Part shown: positions 29,424 to 38,038 of the stretch, piece by piece
How positions within the stretch are numbered: position 1 is the stretch's first letter
Layout of the letters: each line of letters starts with the position of its first letter
Origin: an uncultured Planctomycetia bacterium
GTDB lineage: Bacteria; Omnitrophota; Gorgyraeia; 1-14-0-20-64-10
DNA length: 64,000 bases
Direction of reading: 5' to 3'
Assembly: GCA_964372395.1 (NCBI GenBank)
Contig: CAYJQV010000005.1
Location: 126 to 64,125 of the forward strand
Made by a program: the position numbers and the translations under genes
Notes under the pieces: model-generated
Told to the model about the DNA's origin: nothing
Database searches by the model: none
Seen by the model: the letters and a program-made list of their open reading frames with translations, nothing else

Positions 29424-29600
29424 TAACGGAGGACCCAGGGACGACGTTTCACGCCGAGGGGCCTTGACCCCAGACCCATTGCCATCCTCTGCATGGAAAC
29501 GAGGATGCGGATCTTTCTTTCGATGGGGAGCCCGCCCAGCTCCCGCCGCCTGAGCCGCTTGGCCAGGAAGAGAGCCTGGATCTTTGGTGGTGCTCGACGC

Positions 29601-30113
29601 CTACTCTCCATAGAACCGCCTCTTGAATCCGCCCCACTTGCGCCGAAGCCCATGTCGCTTCAGGACTCCGGCCAAACGACTCTTGTCCACGGTCGCCTCC
29701 TCCAGAAGCTGAACCATTCGAGCTCTGTCTTTGGGCCGATCCGTCTGGAGCATGATCGCCAGAAGATGTTCCACGCGAAGGACCCGCGTTTCCGTCTTCC
29801 GACACAGCCGTTGCACCGACTCTCTTACCGCTTCCTCCACCAGATCGTTGTAGGCGGGGATGAACTGGACCGGGACGCCTTCAATCACGACGTGCTCCCG
29901 CTGGGCCGGATACCCTTTCCTCCGCAGGGACCCGTAGAGGGAAGACAGGTCGATCAGCTTTCCTGCCGGCTTTGGGAGAAAAACGAAGACGTCCAGATCG
30001 TAAGTCAGAAGGGGCTCCATGTAAAAAAGGCCCGCGATGCCGCCCCCGATGGCGTACCGGGCGATCACCCCCTCTTTCTCCAATTCATTCAGCACCCTGA
30101 GCGCCTTTTCCAT
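29601..30113 (-). CDS. Hypothetical protein with a nucleotidyltransferase-fold-like motif
   Basis: 170 aa; YAIGGGIAGLFYMEPLLTYDLDVFVF fits a loose G[GS]-x(n)-DxD minimal-NTase pattern; its ATG lies 2 nt after the thiS-like stop (translational coupling). Confidence 0.35.
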   Translation of the reverse strand: MEKALRVLNELEKEGVIARYAIGGGIAGLFYMEPLLTYDLDVFVFLPKPAGKLIDLSSLYGSLRRKGYPAQREHVVIEGVPVQFIPAYNDLVEEAVRESVQRLCRKTETRVLRVEHLLAIMLQTDRPKDRARMVQLLEEATVDKSRLAGVLKRHGLRRKWGGFKRRFYGE

Positions 30114-30115
30114 CT

Positions 30116-30319
30116 CTACGATCCGCCGCCCACGAAATGGACGATCTCCACCTGATCTCCCTCCCGCAGGATCGCTTGGGGAAGCTCCTCCCGCTTCAGG
30201 ATGTTGAGGTTCAGCTCCACCACCACCAGCTCCGGCCGGAGCCTGAGCTGTTCGAGCAGCGCGGTGAGCGCCGTCCCCTCCGGCAGATTCATCGGATCCC
30301 CGTTCACGGTCAGCTTCAT
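30116..30319 (-). CDS. thiS: ThiS/MoaD-family sulfur-carrier (ubiquitin-like) protein, C-terminus ...VGGGS
   Basis: 67 aa; MKLTVNGDPMNLPEGTALTALLEQL...GDQVEIVHFVGGGS is a typical ThiS beta-grasp sequence but carries one residue after the Gly-Gly. Confidence 0.6.
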   Translation of the reverse strand: MKLTVNGDPMNLPEGTALTALLEQLRLRPELVVVELNLNILKREELPQAILREGDQVEIVHFVGGGS

Positions 30320-30338
30320 TTCAGTCCCTGCGCCTGCC

Positions 30339-31265
30339 TCATCGCGCCCGGCTGAATCCGCGGCCGGCCACCTGCCGGACCGCCCCCTTGAGCTCCAGGC
30401 CGGTCAGCACCGCCAGGAGCTGGGTCGGCGGCAGGGTGGTCGTGCGGGCGATCTCCTCCAGATTCGCGGCGGACCCCACCGGCACCGCCTCAAACACCCG
30501 CCTCTCCTCCTTGGAAAAGGTGGGGTCAGACCCCGTAGGGTCAGACCCCGTAGGGTCAGACCCCACCGGGTTGCGGCGTACCTGGTACCGGAGTTGAGGG
30601 GCGAGCTCTTCCAGAACATCCGCGACGCTCTCCACGAGGCGGGCTCCGTCTCTGATCAGGGCGTGCGTGCCCCTGCTTCTTTCCGAGGAGACCGGGCCGG
30701 GCACCGCGAACACCTCGCGGCCCTGCTCCAGGGCGTGGCGGGCCGTGATCAGCGCCCCGCTCTTCAAGGGGGCCTCCACCACGATGACGCCCAGGCTGAT
30801 GCCGGCGATCACCCGGTTGCGCTGGGGGAAATGCCAGGGCCGCGGCTCTGCCTCCATGGGAAACTCGGAGAGGAGACAGCCGTTTCCCGCGATCCGCTGC
30901 GCGAGCTTGCGGTGCTGGGGCGGGTAAAGATGGGCGAGCCCATGACCGACCACCGCAACGGTCCGGCCCCCGGCCTCCAGCGCCCCCTCGTGGCCGGCTG
31001 CGTCAATCCCCTCCGCCAGGCCGGAGACCACCGTGATCCCGCACCCGGCCAGATCCATCGCCAGCCGCCGGGCGGTCTCCAGGCCGTACGGGCTGGCTGA
31101 GCGGGTTCCCACGATGGCCACGGCGGCCGCATCCTCCGGAAGCAGCGTCCCCTTGACGTACAGGATCGCCGGGGGATCATGGATCTTCCGCAGCAGATCC
31201 GGGTAATCCGGATCCTTCAGGGTCAGCTCCCTCACCTCCGCAGAGAAGGCCTTCGGCCTATCCAT
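30339..31265 (-). CDS. dprA: DNA processing protein A (Smf)
   Basis: About 308 aa from the internal Met; Rossmann-like AIVGTRSASPYGLETARRLAMDLAGCGITVVSGLAEGIDAAGH and a C-terminal winged-helix region; contains an in-frame (GSDPT)3 insertion from the repeat at 30532..30574. Confidence 0.85.
   Translation of the reverse strand: MDRPKAFSAEVRELTLKDPDYPDLLRKIHDPPAILYVKGTLLPEDAAAVAIVGTRSASPYGLETARRLAMDLAGCGITVVSGLAEGIDAAGHEGALEAGGRTVAVVGHGLAHLYPPQHRKLAQRIAGNGCLLSEFPMEAEPRPWHFPQRNRVIAGISLGVIVVEAPLKSGALITARHALEQGREVFAVPGPVSSERSRGTHALIRDGARLVESVADVLEELAPQLRYQVRRNPVGSDPTGSDPTGSDPTFSKEERRVFEAVPVGSAANLEEIARTTTLPPTQLLAVLTGLELKGAVRQVAGRGFSRAR
30532..30574. repeat. Family-1 repeat: GGGGTCAGACCCC followed by two GTAGGGTCAGACCCC units, inside dprA
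   Basis: Direct repeats read from the sequence; flanked by an 11-bp direct repeat GACCCCACCGG (30482-30492 and 30569-30579). Confidence 0.85.
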
Positions 31266-31767
31266 TTCCGGTCCTTTCCATGATCTCCTGCACAATCTCC
31301 TCCACGCTCCGATCGGTCGTGTCCACGGTGAAGTCGGCCTTCGCGTAGAAAGGGGCCCGCAGCTGAAGCAGCTCCTCGATCCGCCGGCGGGGGTCTCCGC
31401 CGGCCAGCATCGGCCGCGATGCGGCGGTCAGCGCGGTCCGCTTGAGGATCACATCGGGGCTGGCCGTCAGGCAAACCACCGCCCCCGCGGATTTGAGCGC
31501 GCGGACATTCTCTTCGTCCGTCATGATCCCGCCTCCGGTGGCGATCACGTGCCGGCGCAGGGCGGCGGCCTTCCGGGCCGCCTCGGCCTCCATTCGGCGG
31601 AAGGCCGCTTCCCCATCCTCCGCAAAGATCCGCGGGATCGGCTTGCCGCACTCCTTCTCGATCTGGCGGTCCAGATCGAGGAACGGCCGCTTCAGGCGCT
31701 GCGCCAGGAGCCGGCCCACCACCGACTTCCCTGTGCCCATGAAACCGACGAGGATGATGCTGCTCAA
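31258..31767 (-). CDS. aroK: Shikimate kinase
   Basis: 169 aa; P-loop [18 protein letters not shown] and the shikimate-kinase LID region. Confidence 0.85.
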   Translation of the reverse strand: MSSIILVGFMGTGKSVVGRLLAQRLKRPFLDLDRQIEKECGKPIPRIFAEDGEAAFRRMEAEAARKAAALRRHVIATGGGIMTDEENVRALKSAGAVVCLTASPDVILKRTALTAASRPMLAGGDPRRRIEELLQLRAPFYAKADFTVDTTDRSVEEIVQEIMERTGNG

Positions 31768-32894
31768 AACCTCGCGACCTGCCTTCTGTAACCCTCGAAA
31801 TTTCGCCGGATTTCCGCGAGGCTGTCGCCGCCGAATTTCTCGAGGAACGCCCTGGCCAGCTCGAAGGCCACCACGGCCTCTCCCACCACGCCGGCCGCCG
31901 GCACGGCGCTCACATCGGAGCGCTCCACCGTGGCGGCGAACGGCTTCTTCGTCCGGAGGTCCACGCTCATCATGGGCTTGCGCAGGGTGGAGAGCGGCTT
32001 CATGTGGATCCGCACGAGGATCGGGCCCCCCACCGACATCCCTCCCTCGAGCCCCCCTGCCCGCACGCTCTTCCGGTAGAAGCCGCGGGCGCGGGAGTGA
32101 TAGATCTGGTCGTGCAGCTGCGAGCCGAACACGCGGGAGACCTCCGTCCCGGCGCCGATCTCCACCGCCTTGATCGCCTGGATGGACATGAGCGCCCCGG
32201 CCAGGCGGCCGTCGAGCTTCCGATCGTAATGCACGTGCGACCCGAGCCCCACGGGGACGTCCAGCGCCACGATCTCCACCGCGCCGCCCACCGTATCGCC
32301 GTTCTTCTTGGCCAGATCGATCCGGCGGATCATCTTCGCCTCCGCCCTCGGATCCGCGCAGCGCAGAGGCGAACCTTCCGCCCGCTTCCGGATCTGAGCA
32401 TGGCTGAGCTTCCCCACATCCGCATCCATCCCGCCCAGCCGGACGACATGGCTGAAGACCGTGATGTCGAACTCCTGCAGGAGCTGCTTCGCCACGGCCC
32501 CCACGGCCACCCGCGCGACCGTCTCCCGGGCCGAGGCGCGCTCCAGGACGTTGCGCAGATCCTCATGGCCGTACTTGAGCGCGCCGGCGAGGTCCGCATG
32601 CCCCGGGCGGGGCCTTGTCACCTTCGGCAGCTTCTCAATTGAGAAGTCCTTGTTGAACACCTGCAGGGCAATCGGGGATCCCAGCGTCCTTCCGAAGCGA
32701 AGGCCGGAGAGGATCTGCACCTTGTCCACCTCGATCGAGGTCATCCGCGCCCCCCGGCCGTAGCCGAGCTGGCGCCGCCTCAGCTCTTCGTCGATGAACC
32801 GGGCGGACAGCTCCAGCCCCGCCGGCATCCCCTCCAGGATCGCCAGCAAGCAGATGCCGTGCGATTCACCTGCCGTCAGATAACGAAGCATCAA
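31764..32894 (-). CDS. aroC: Chorismate synthase
   Basis: 376 aa; [19 protein letters not shown], and GGMSVGGPI-type chorismate synthase signatures. Confidence 0.95.
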   Translation of the reverse strand: MMLRYLTAGESHGICLLAILEGMPAGLELSARFIDEELRRRQLGYGRGARMTSIEVDKVQILSGLRFGRTLGSPIALQVFNKDFSIEKLPKVTRPRPGHADLAGALKYGHEDLRNVLERASARETVARVAVGAVAKQLLQEFDITVFSHVVRLGGMDADVGKLSHAQIRKRAEGSPLRCADPRAEAKMIRRIDLAKKNGDTVGGAVEIVALDVPVGLGSHVHYDRKLDGRLAGALMSIQAIKAVEIGAGTEVSRVFGSQLHDQIYHSRARGFYRKSVRAGGLEGGMSVGGPILVRIHMKPLSTLRKPMMSVDLRTKKPFAATVERSDVSAVPAAGVVGEAVVAFELARAFLEKFGGDSLAEIRRNFEGYRRQVARF

Positions 32895-32901
32895 ACCTCC
32901 C

Positions 32902-33708
32902 TCAGCGCGCTCCCAAGCCCAACAGCCCCAGGTACCATCGGATCATCTCGTTCCCCCAGAAGACCGCCGCCAGGGTCCCCAGCGCCAGGAACGGACCGTA
33001 GGGGATGAGATCCTTCCGATACCGCACCTTGAGGATCACCCCCACCACCGCCCCGACGACCGGCGCCAGGATGAAGTTCACGAGGAGCACCTTCCCGGTT
33101 CCGATCAGGGATCCCACCATCGCCATGAGCTTCACATCCCCGAAGCCCATTGCCTCCTTCCGGAAGATCCATTTTCCGATGACACCAATCCCCCACACCG
33201 TCCCCGCCCCCGCCAGGGCCCCTGCCACGGAAGCGATCAGCCCCTCCCATCGGCCGGCGGCGCCGTGCAGCTCCGGCACGTAGAAGCTCAGGATGACGCC
33301 GATCGAGATCCCCGGCAGCGTGATCTCATCCGGCAGGATCATCTCCCTCAGATCCACCATCGCCAGCACGATGAGCGCCGCCCCGAAGAGGGCATAGACC
33401 AGCGCCAGCGCCGTGAGCTGAAACCGCCAGGCCACCCCCGCCAGCAGGATCCCCGTGGCCAGCTCAACAAACGGATAGCTCCAGGAGATCCCGGCCCCGC
33501 AGTGCCGGCAGCGCCCCTTGAGCAGCGCAAAGCTCACCAGCGGGATGTTGTCGTACCAGCGAATCGTCCCGCCGCAGCTTCGGCAATGGGAGCGGCCCTT
33601 GACGATCTGCTCCTGCGCCGGCAGGCGCCAGATGCAGACGTTGAGGAACGACCCGACCGCCAGCCCGAACAGAAAAACTGCGCTAATCGCGAGCGGCGAA
33701 ATCCCCAT
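32902..33708 (-). CDS. pilD: Prepilin peptidase (A24 family, type IV pilus / T2SS leader peptidase)
   Basis: 268 aa; N-terminal zinc-binding [30 protein letters not shown] and a polytopic membrane domain with the conserved Asp pair. Confidence 0.85.
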   Translation of the reverse strand: MGISPLAISAVFLFGLAVGSFLNVCIWRLPAQEQIVKGRSHCRSCGGTIRWYDNIPLVSFALLKGRCRHCGAGISWSYPFVELATGILLAGVAWRFQLTALALVYALFGAALIVLAMVDLREMILPDEITLPGISIGVILSFYVPELHGAAGRWEGLIASVAGALAGAGTVWGIGVIGKWIFRKEAMGFGDVKLMAMVGSLIGTGKVLLVNFILAPVVGAVVGVILKVRYRKDLIPYGPFLALGTLAAVFWGNEMIRWYLGLLGLGAR

Positions 33709-34596
33709 CTAACCCCTTTTGAGGTTCTCCTCCAGCGCTTGTTTCATGACCGGAAGCACCTTCGCCGCCGGCGCACCGGTCCAGATCTCAAACGAGGCCG
33801 CCCCCTGGCCTGCCAGCATCTCCTCGCCGGTCACCACCGCACAGCCGGCCTGCCGAGCCGCCCGGATGAGCTGCGTCTCGCGCGGCTCGTAGACAATGTC
33901 GTACACGAGCATGCCGTGGTGAAGGCGCGGGAGGATCCCCTCAGGCACCTCCCCTTCCCCCTTCATCCCCATCGGGGTGGCATTCACGAGCAGGTGGCTC
34001 TCCTCCATGGGCAGCCGGTCGCTGTCAGAGCTGGCCGACGCAAAGGTCTCCGATCCGCGAAGCCGGTTGAGCCGCCGGGCCAGCTCCTCTGCCCGACCCG
34101 CCCCCGCCGGACGATTCCAGACGGTGAGCGCATGCACCTTGCTCTTCAGCGCAAGCGCCGTCGCAATCGCCTTGGCGGACCCGCCCGACCCCAGGAGGAT
34201 CACCCTCCAGCCGGACAGGGTGAGCCGCCGGGGCGGCTCCGTGAGGGGCGTTAAAAAACCCTCCCCGTCGGTGCTGGTGCCGACCGGCACACCCTCCTGC
34301 ATCGCCACCGTGTTGACCGCATCCAGCCCCGTCTCGAGAAGGAACGGATCCAGCCGCGCCGCCTCGCCGCGCGACTTCAACCATCTCCAGACCGCGCTCT
34401 TGTGCGGCATGGTCACATTGAATCCATCGAGCCGGGCCCCGTCGGACCTCAGCCAGCCCTCCAGCTTGTCCGGCGGGACCGGGTACTCCCGGTACTCCCC
34501 CTTCAGCCCAGCGGCCTCCAACGCCGCCCGGTGCATCCCCGGGGAAAGGGAGTAACCCAGCGGCCATCCGATGATCCCCAGCTTGTAGAATCTCAT
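33709..34596 (-). CDS. aroE: Shikimate dehydrogenase
   Basis: About 296 aa from the internal Met (MRFYKLGIIGWPLGYSLSPGMHRAALEAAGL...); SxS substrate motif, NVTMPHK and the Rossmann GSGGSAKA motif. Confidence 0.8.
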   Translation of the reverse strand: MRFYKLGIIGWPLGYSLSPGMHRAALEAAGLKGEYREYPVPPDKLEGWLRSDGARLDGFNVTMPHKSAVWRWLKSRGEAARLDPFLLETGLDAVNTVAMQEGVPVGTSTDGEGFLTPLTEPPRRLTLSGWRVILLGSGGSAKAIATALALKSKVHALTVWNRPAGAGRAEELARRLNRLRGSETFASASSDSDRLPMEESHLLVNATPMGMKGEGEVPEGILPRLHHGMLVYDIVYEPRETQLIRAARQAGCAVVTGEEMLAGQGAASFEIWTGAPAAKVLPVMKQALEENLKRG

Positions 34597-34662
34597 AGGG
34601 GACGCTCCATAAAGGGACACACCTCCTCGCTGCGGACGCCGCAGCCATCCACCCCACCAGAC

Positions 34663-34706
34663 TGTCCCAAAGTGGAGCGTCCCCAATTCACAAAGTGGAG
34701 CGTCCC
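34663..34706. repeat. Tandem direct repeat, 2 x 22 bp (AAAGTGGAGCGTCCCCAATTCA)
   Basis: Two perfect adjacent copies in the leuA-aroE intergenic spacer; an inverted partner GGACGCTCCA lies at 34601-34610. Confidence 0.8.
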
Positions 34707-34710
34707 CAAT

Positions 34711-36249
34711 TCAAGGGTTCGGGTGCGCCCGCCGCCTTTCCTTCCGGGCGTGCAGGTGCCGGTTGATCGCCGCCAGGTACGCCCTGGCCGAGGCCTCCAG
34801 GATGTCGGTGGCCGCCGACCGGCCGTGCTCGACCCTCCCGTTGGCGGACAGCTTCACCGCCACCTCCCCCAGCGCATCCTTCCCGGAGGTGACCGATTGA
34901 ATCCCGTAATCCTCCAGCCTCCCCCGGAAACGGGTCAGGCGGTCAATGGCGTTGTAGATCGAGTCCACGGGGCCGTCCCCGCTGGCCGCCCCCTCGAGCC
35001 GCTTCCCATCGGAGCTCTTCAGCCGGACCGTGGCCGTTGGGATGAGGCCGGTTCCGCTGGAGACGTGGAGGTACTCGAGGGCATAGCGCTGCGGCACCTC
35101 GGAGATCTCATCCTCCACCAGCGCCGAGAGATCGTCATCGAAGACCTCCTTCTTCTTGTCCGCCAGCGCCTTGAACCGCGCGAACGACTGCTCCAGCTGG
35201 CGCGGGGTCAGCGAGAAGCCGAGCTGCCTGAGCCGCTCGACAAAGGCATGCCGGCCCGAGTGCTTGCCCAGCACCAGCCTCGACTCGCCGTAGCCGACCT
35301 CCTCCGGCCGCATGATCTCGTACGTCTTGCGGTGCGCCAGAACCCCGTGCTGGTGGATCCCCGATTCGTGGGCGAAGGCGTTGCCGCCCACGATCGCCTT
35401 GTTCGGCTGGACCAGGAACCCGGTCAGCTTCGAGACCAGGCGGCTCGCCCGGTAGATCTCCGGGGTGTTGATGCGGGTCTCCACCTTGAAGAGATCCTTC
35501 CGGACCTTGAGCGCCATCACCACCTCTTCGAGACTGGCGTTCCCTGCCCGCTCCCCGATGCCGTTCACCGTGCACTCCACCTGCCGGGCGCCGTTCTTCA
35601 CCGCCGCCAGGGAGTTCGCCGTGGAGAGCCCCAGGTCGTTGTGGCAGTGGACGGAGATCACCGCGCGGCCCACGTTCGGGACCTTCTCGCGGATCGAGCG
35701 GATGAGCTCCCCGAAATGGCTGGGGATCGCCCACCCCACCGTGTCGGGGATGTTGACCGTGGTGGCGCCCACCTCGATCACCGCCTCCAGCACCCGGTAC
35801 AGGAAGTCCGGCCGGGTCCGGGCCGCGTCCTCCGGCGAGAACTCCACGTCGTCGGTGTACCGGCGCGCCAGCTTCACCCCCGCCACCGCCAGCCGGAGGA
35901 TCTCATCCTCCGCCTTCCTCAGCTTGTACTTCATGTGGATCTCGGAGGTGGCCACGAAGGTGTGGATCCGCTTCCTCCGCGCGGATTTCAGCGCCCTCCC
36001 CGCCGCCTCGATGTCCTTCGGGACCGCGCGGGCGAGGCTGGCGATGACCGGCCGCCGGACCTCGCGCGCGATGAGACCCACCGCCTGGAAATCGCCGGGC
36101 GAGGAGACGGCGAATCCGGCCTCGATCACGTCCACCCCCAGCCGGTCCAGCTGCCGGGCGATCTCCAGCTTCTGCTGCGGGTTGAGCGACGCGCCCGGGC
36201 ACTGCTCCCCGTCCCTCAGCGTCGTATCGAAGATGATCACCCGATCCAT
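34711..36249 (-). CDS. leuA: 2-isopropylmalate synthase (or (R)-citramalate synthase)
   Basis: 512 aa; [39 protein letters not shown] and a C-terminal LeuA-dimer regulatory domain. Confidence 0.85.
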   Translation of the reverse strand: MDRVIIFDTTLRDGEQCPGASLNPQQKLEIARQLDRLGVDVIEAGFAVSSPGDFQAVGLIAREVRRPVIASLARAVPKDIEAAGRALKSARRKRIHTFVATSEIHMKYKLRKAEDEILRLAVAGVKLARRYTDDVEFSPEDAARTRPDFLYRVLEAVIEVGATTVNIPDTVGWAIPSHFGELIRSIREKVPNVGRAVISVHCHNDLGLSTANSLAAVKNGARQVECTVNGIGERAGNASLEEVVMALKVRKDLFKVETRINTPEIYRASRLVSKLTGFLVQPNKAIVGGNAFAHESGIHQHGVLAHRKTYEIMRPEEVGYGESRLVLGKHSGRHAFVERLRQLGFSLTPRQLEQSFARFKALADKKKEVFDDDLSALVEDEISEVPQRYALEYLHVSSGTGLIPTATVRLKSSDGKRLEGAASGDGPVDSIYNAIDRLTRFRGRLEDYGIQSVTSGKDALGEVAVKLSANGRVEHGRSAATDILEASARAYLAAINRHLHARKERRRAHPNP

Positions 36250-36262
36250 CGTCAGCTCCGAC

Positions 36263-37378
36263 TCAGCGTCTGGCCGTCACGCGCCGGCCCGCCCTTGCTC
36301 GTCCGGCCCGAGCGGCCTTCCGGACCGCAGGCCGGGCGCCCCTCCGTCCAACCGGCGCGGTGCGCGCCTGCGTGGGAGTGGCGGGCTGCTGTGTGATCCA
36401 CGGCATCATGGAACGCAGGCGAGCCCCCACCAGCTCGATCAGGTGCCGGTCCCCTGCCTGCATGAGCGCCTTGAAGACCGGCCGTCCCGCCTGGCACTCG
36501 TTGATCCACTCCCTCGCGAACCGGCCGGAGCGCACCTCCTCCAGGATCCGCTGCATCTCAGCGCGGGTCTCCTCCGTGATGACGCGCGACCCGCGCGTGA
36601 GCCCCCCGTAGCGGGCCGTCTCCGACACGCGGGCCCACATCCCCTGGATCCCCTGCGCGTAGATCATGTCCACGATGAGCTTCAGCTCATGCAGGCACTC
36701 AAAGTAGGCCAGCTCCGGCTGATAGCCGTTCTTCACCAGCGTATCGAACCCGGCCTTGATGAGCTCGGTCACCCCGCCGCAGAGGACCGTCTGCTCGCCG
36801 AAAAGATCGGTCTCGGTCTCCTCGGCGAAGGTGGTCTCCAGCACCCCGGCTCGGGTCGAGCCCAAGCCCTTGGCATACGCCAGGGCGATCGCCTTCGCCT
36901 TGCCGGACGGATCCTGGTGGACCGCCAGAAGAGACGGCACACCGCCGCCCTGCGTGAAGAGCTGGCGGACCAGCGATCCCGGCCCCTTCGGGGCGACCAG
37001 GAAGACATCCACCTCGCGGGGCGGTTCGATCTGGTGGAAGTGGATGTTGAATCCGTGCGCGAAGCCGAGCGCCTTGCCGGATTTCAGATGCTGAACGACG
37101 GAGGTGCGGTACACCTCCGGCTGCAGGGTGTCCTGCAGGAGCACCATGATCACCTGCGCCTGCGCGCAGGCCTCGGCCACCGAGGTGGGGGCCAAGCCGT
37201 CCTCCACCGCCTGCGCATGGTGCGGCCCGCCGGGGCGCTGGGCGACGACGACGTCCAGCCCGGAGTCGCGCAGGTTCAGCGCATGCCCCCGCCCCTGGAT
37301 GCCGTAGCCCAGGATGGCAATCCTCCTGCCCTTCAGGAAACTCAAATCCGCGTCCTTGTCGTAATAGATCCTGGCCAC
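36263..37378 (-). CDS. ilvC: Ketol-acid reductoisomerase (class I) with Arg/Ala-rich C-terminal tail
   Basis: 371 aa; [21 protein letters not shown] Rossmann motif, the IlvC catalytic domain through ...MMPWI, then about 40 aa of a basic tail ([33 protein letters not shown]). Confidence 0.95.
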   Translation of the reverse strand: MARIYYDKDADLSFLKGRRIAILGYGIQGRGHALNLRDSGLDVVVAQRPGGPHHAQAVEDGLAPTSVAEACAQAQVIMVLLQDTLQPEVYRTSVVQHLKSGKALGFAHGFNIHFHQIEPPREVDVFLVAPKGPGSLVRQLFTQGGGVPSLLAVHQDPSGKAKAIALAYAKGLGSTRAGVLETTFAEETETDLFGEQTVLCGGVTELIKAGFDTLVKNGYQPELAYFECLHELKLIVDMIYAQGIQGMWARVSETARYGGLTRGSRVITEETRAEMQRILEEVRSGRFAREWINECQAGRPVFKALMQAGDRHLIELVGARLRSMMPWITQQPATPTQARTAPVGRRGARPAVRKAARAGRARAGRRVTARR

Positions 37379-37389
37379 TTCGCCTCCTC

Positions 37390-37869
37390 CTATGAGTCCC
37401 GGCCCAGGGCGACCCGCCCTGTCCGCACGATCTCCTTGATCCCGTAGGGCTTGACCAGCTCCAGCAGGGTCTTCACCTTCGCGGGATCCCCCACCAACAG
37501 CAGGGTCAGCGACTTCACCCCCACATCGGCGACCTCCGCCTTCAGGGTCTCCGCAATCTCCACCACCTCCGGCCGCGTCCGGGGCGTCACCGAGACCTTC
37601 ACCAGGATGAGCTCCCGGTCCAGATGCTCCTCCTTCGTGAGATCCTGGATGGAGATGACGTCCACCAGGCGGTTGAGCTGCTTCTTCACCTGCTCGATCG
37701 TCTTCTCGTCCCCGTCAAAGACGATCGTCATCCGCGAGGCCGTCGGATCCTCCGTCTCCCCCACCGCCAGGGAATCGATGTTGAATCCCCGGCCGGCGAT
37801 GAGGGTGGAGATCCTCGCCAAGACGCCGAACTTGTTCTCCACCAAAACCGAAAGGACATGCTTAGCCAT
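37390..37869 (-). CDS. ilvH: Acetolactate synthase small (regulatory) subunit
   Basis: 159 aa; ACT domain [34 protein letters not shown]; an AAGGAG RBS lies upstream. Confidence 0.9.
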   Translation of the reverse strand: MAKHVLSVLVENKFGVLARISTLIAGRGFNIDSLAVGETEDPTASRMTIVFDGDEKTIEQVKKQLNRLVDVISIQDLTKEEHLDRELILVKVSVTPRTRPEVVEIAETLKAEVADVGVKSLTLLLVGDPAKVKTLLELVKPYGIKEIVRTGRVALGRDS

Positions 37870-37892
37870 CCATCAACTCCTTTGCCTTCTCA

Positions 37893-38038
37893 TCCCTCCA
37901 GGAGGGAGGAATCCTAGGGAGGGAACCTGGGTTCCCTCCCTAGAACGCAGGCGAGGCGACCGCTGGTCCAGGCACGGCCACGAAGCCGAGAGGCACACAA
38001 CCACCGCTGGTCCGAGCACCGGAGCCTCGCCTGCGTTC
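37893..38038. repeat. Structured ilvB-ilvH spacer with nested palindromes
   Basis: TCCCTCC-A-GGAGGGA (37893-37907); a 30-bp palindrome CTAGGGAGGGAACC-TG-GGTTCCCTCCCTAG (37914-37943); a 15-bp inverted repeat GAACGCAGGCGAGGC (37943-37957) / GCCTCGCCTGCGTTC (38024-38038) enclosing two CCGCTGGTCC copies, the right arm overlapping the ilvB stop codon. Confidence 0.7.

Noticed and set aside
29601-30113. Calling the 170-aa ORF a toxin (AbiEii/MNT-type nucleotidyltransferase)
   Set aside because: Only a loose GG...DxD pattern was seen. There is no HEPN or antitoxin partner, so it is left as a hypothetical NTase-fold protein.
37914-37943. Rho-independent terminator between ilvB and ilvH
   Set aside because: The stem is strong, but the transcribed (minus) strand has no downstream U-tract. 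ilvH has its own RBS 30 nt away, so read-through is expected.
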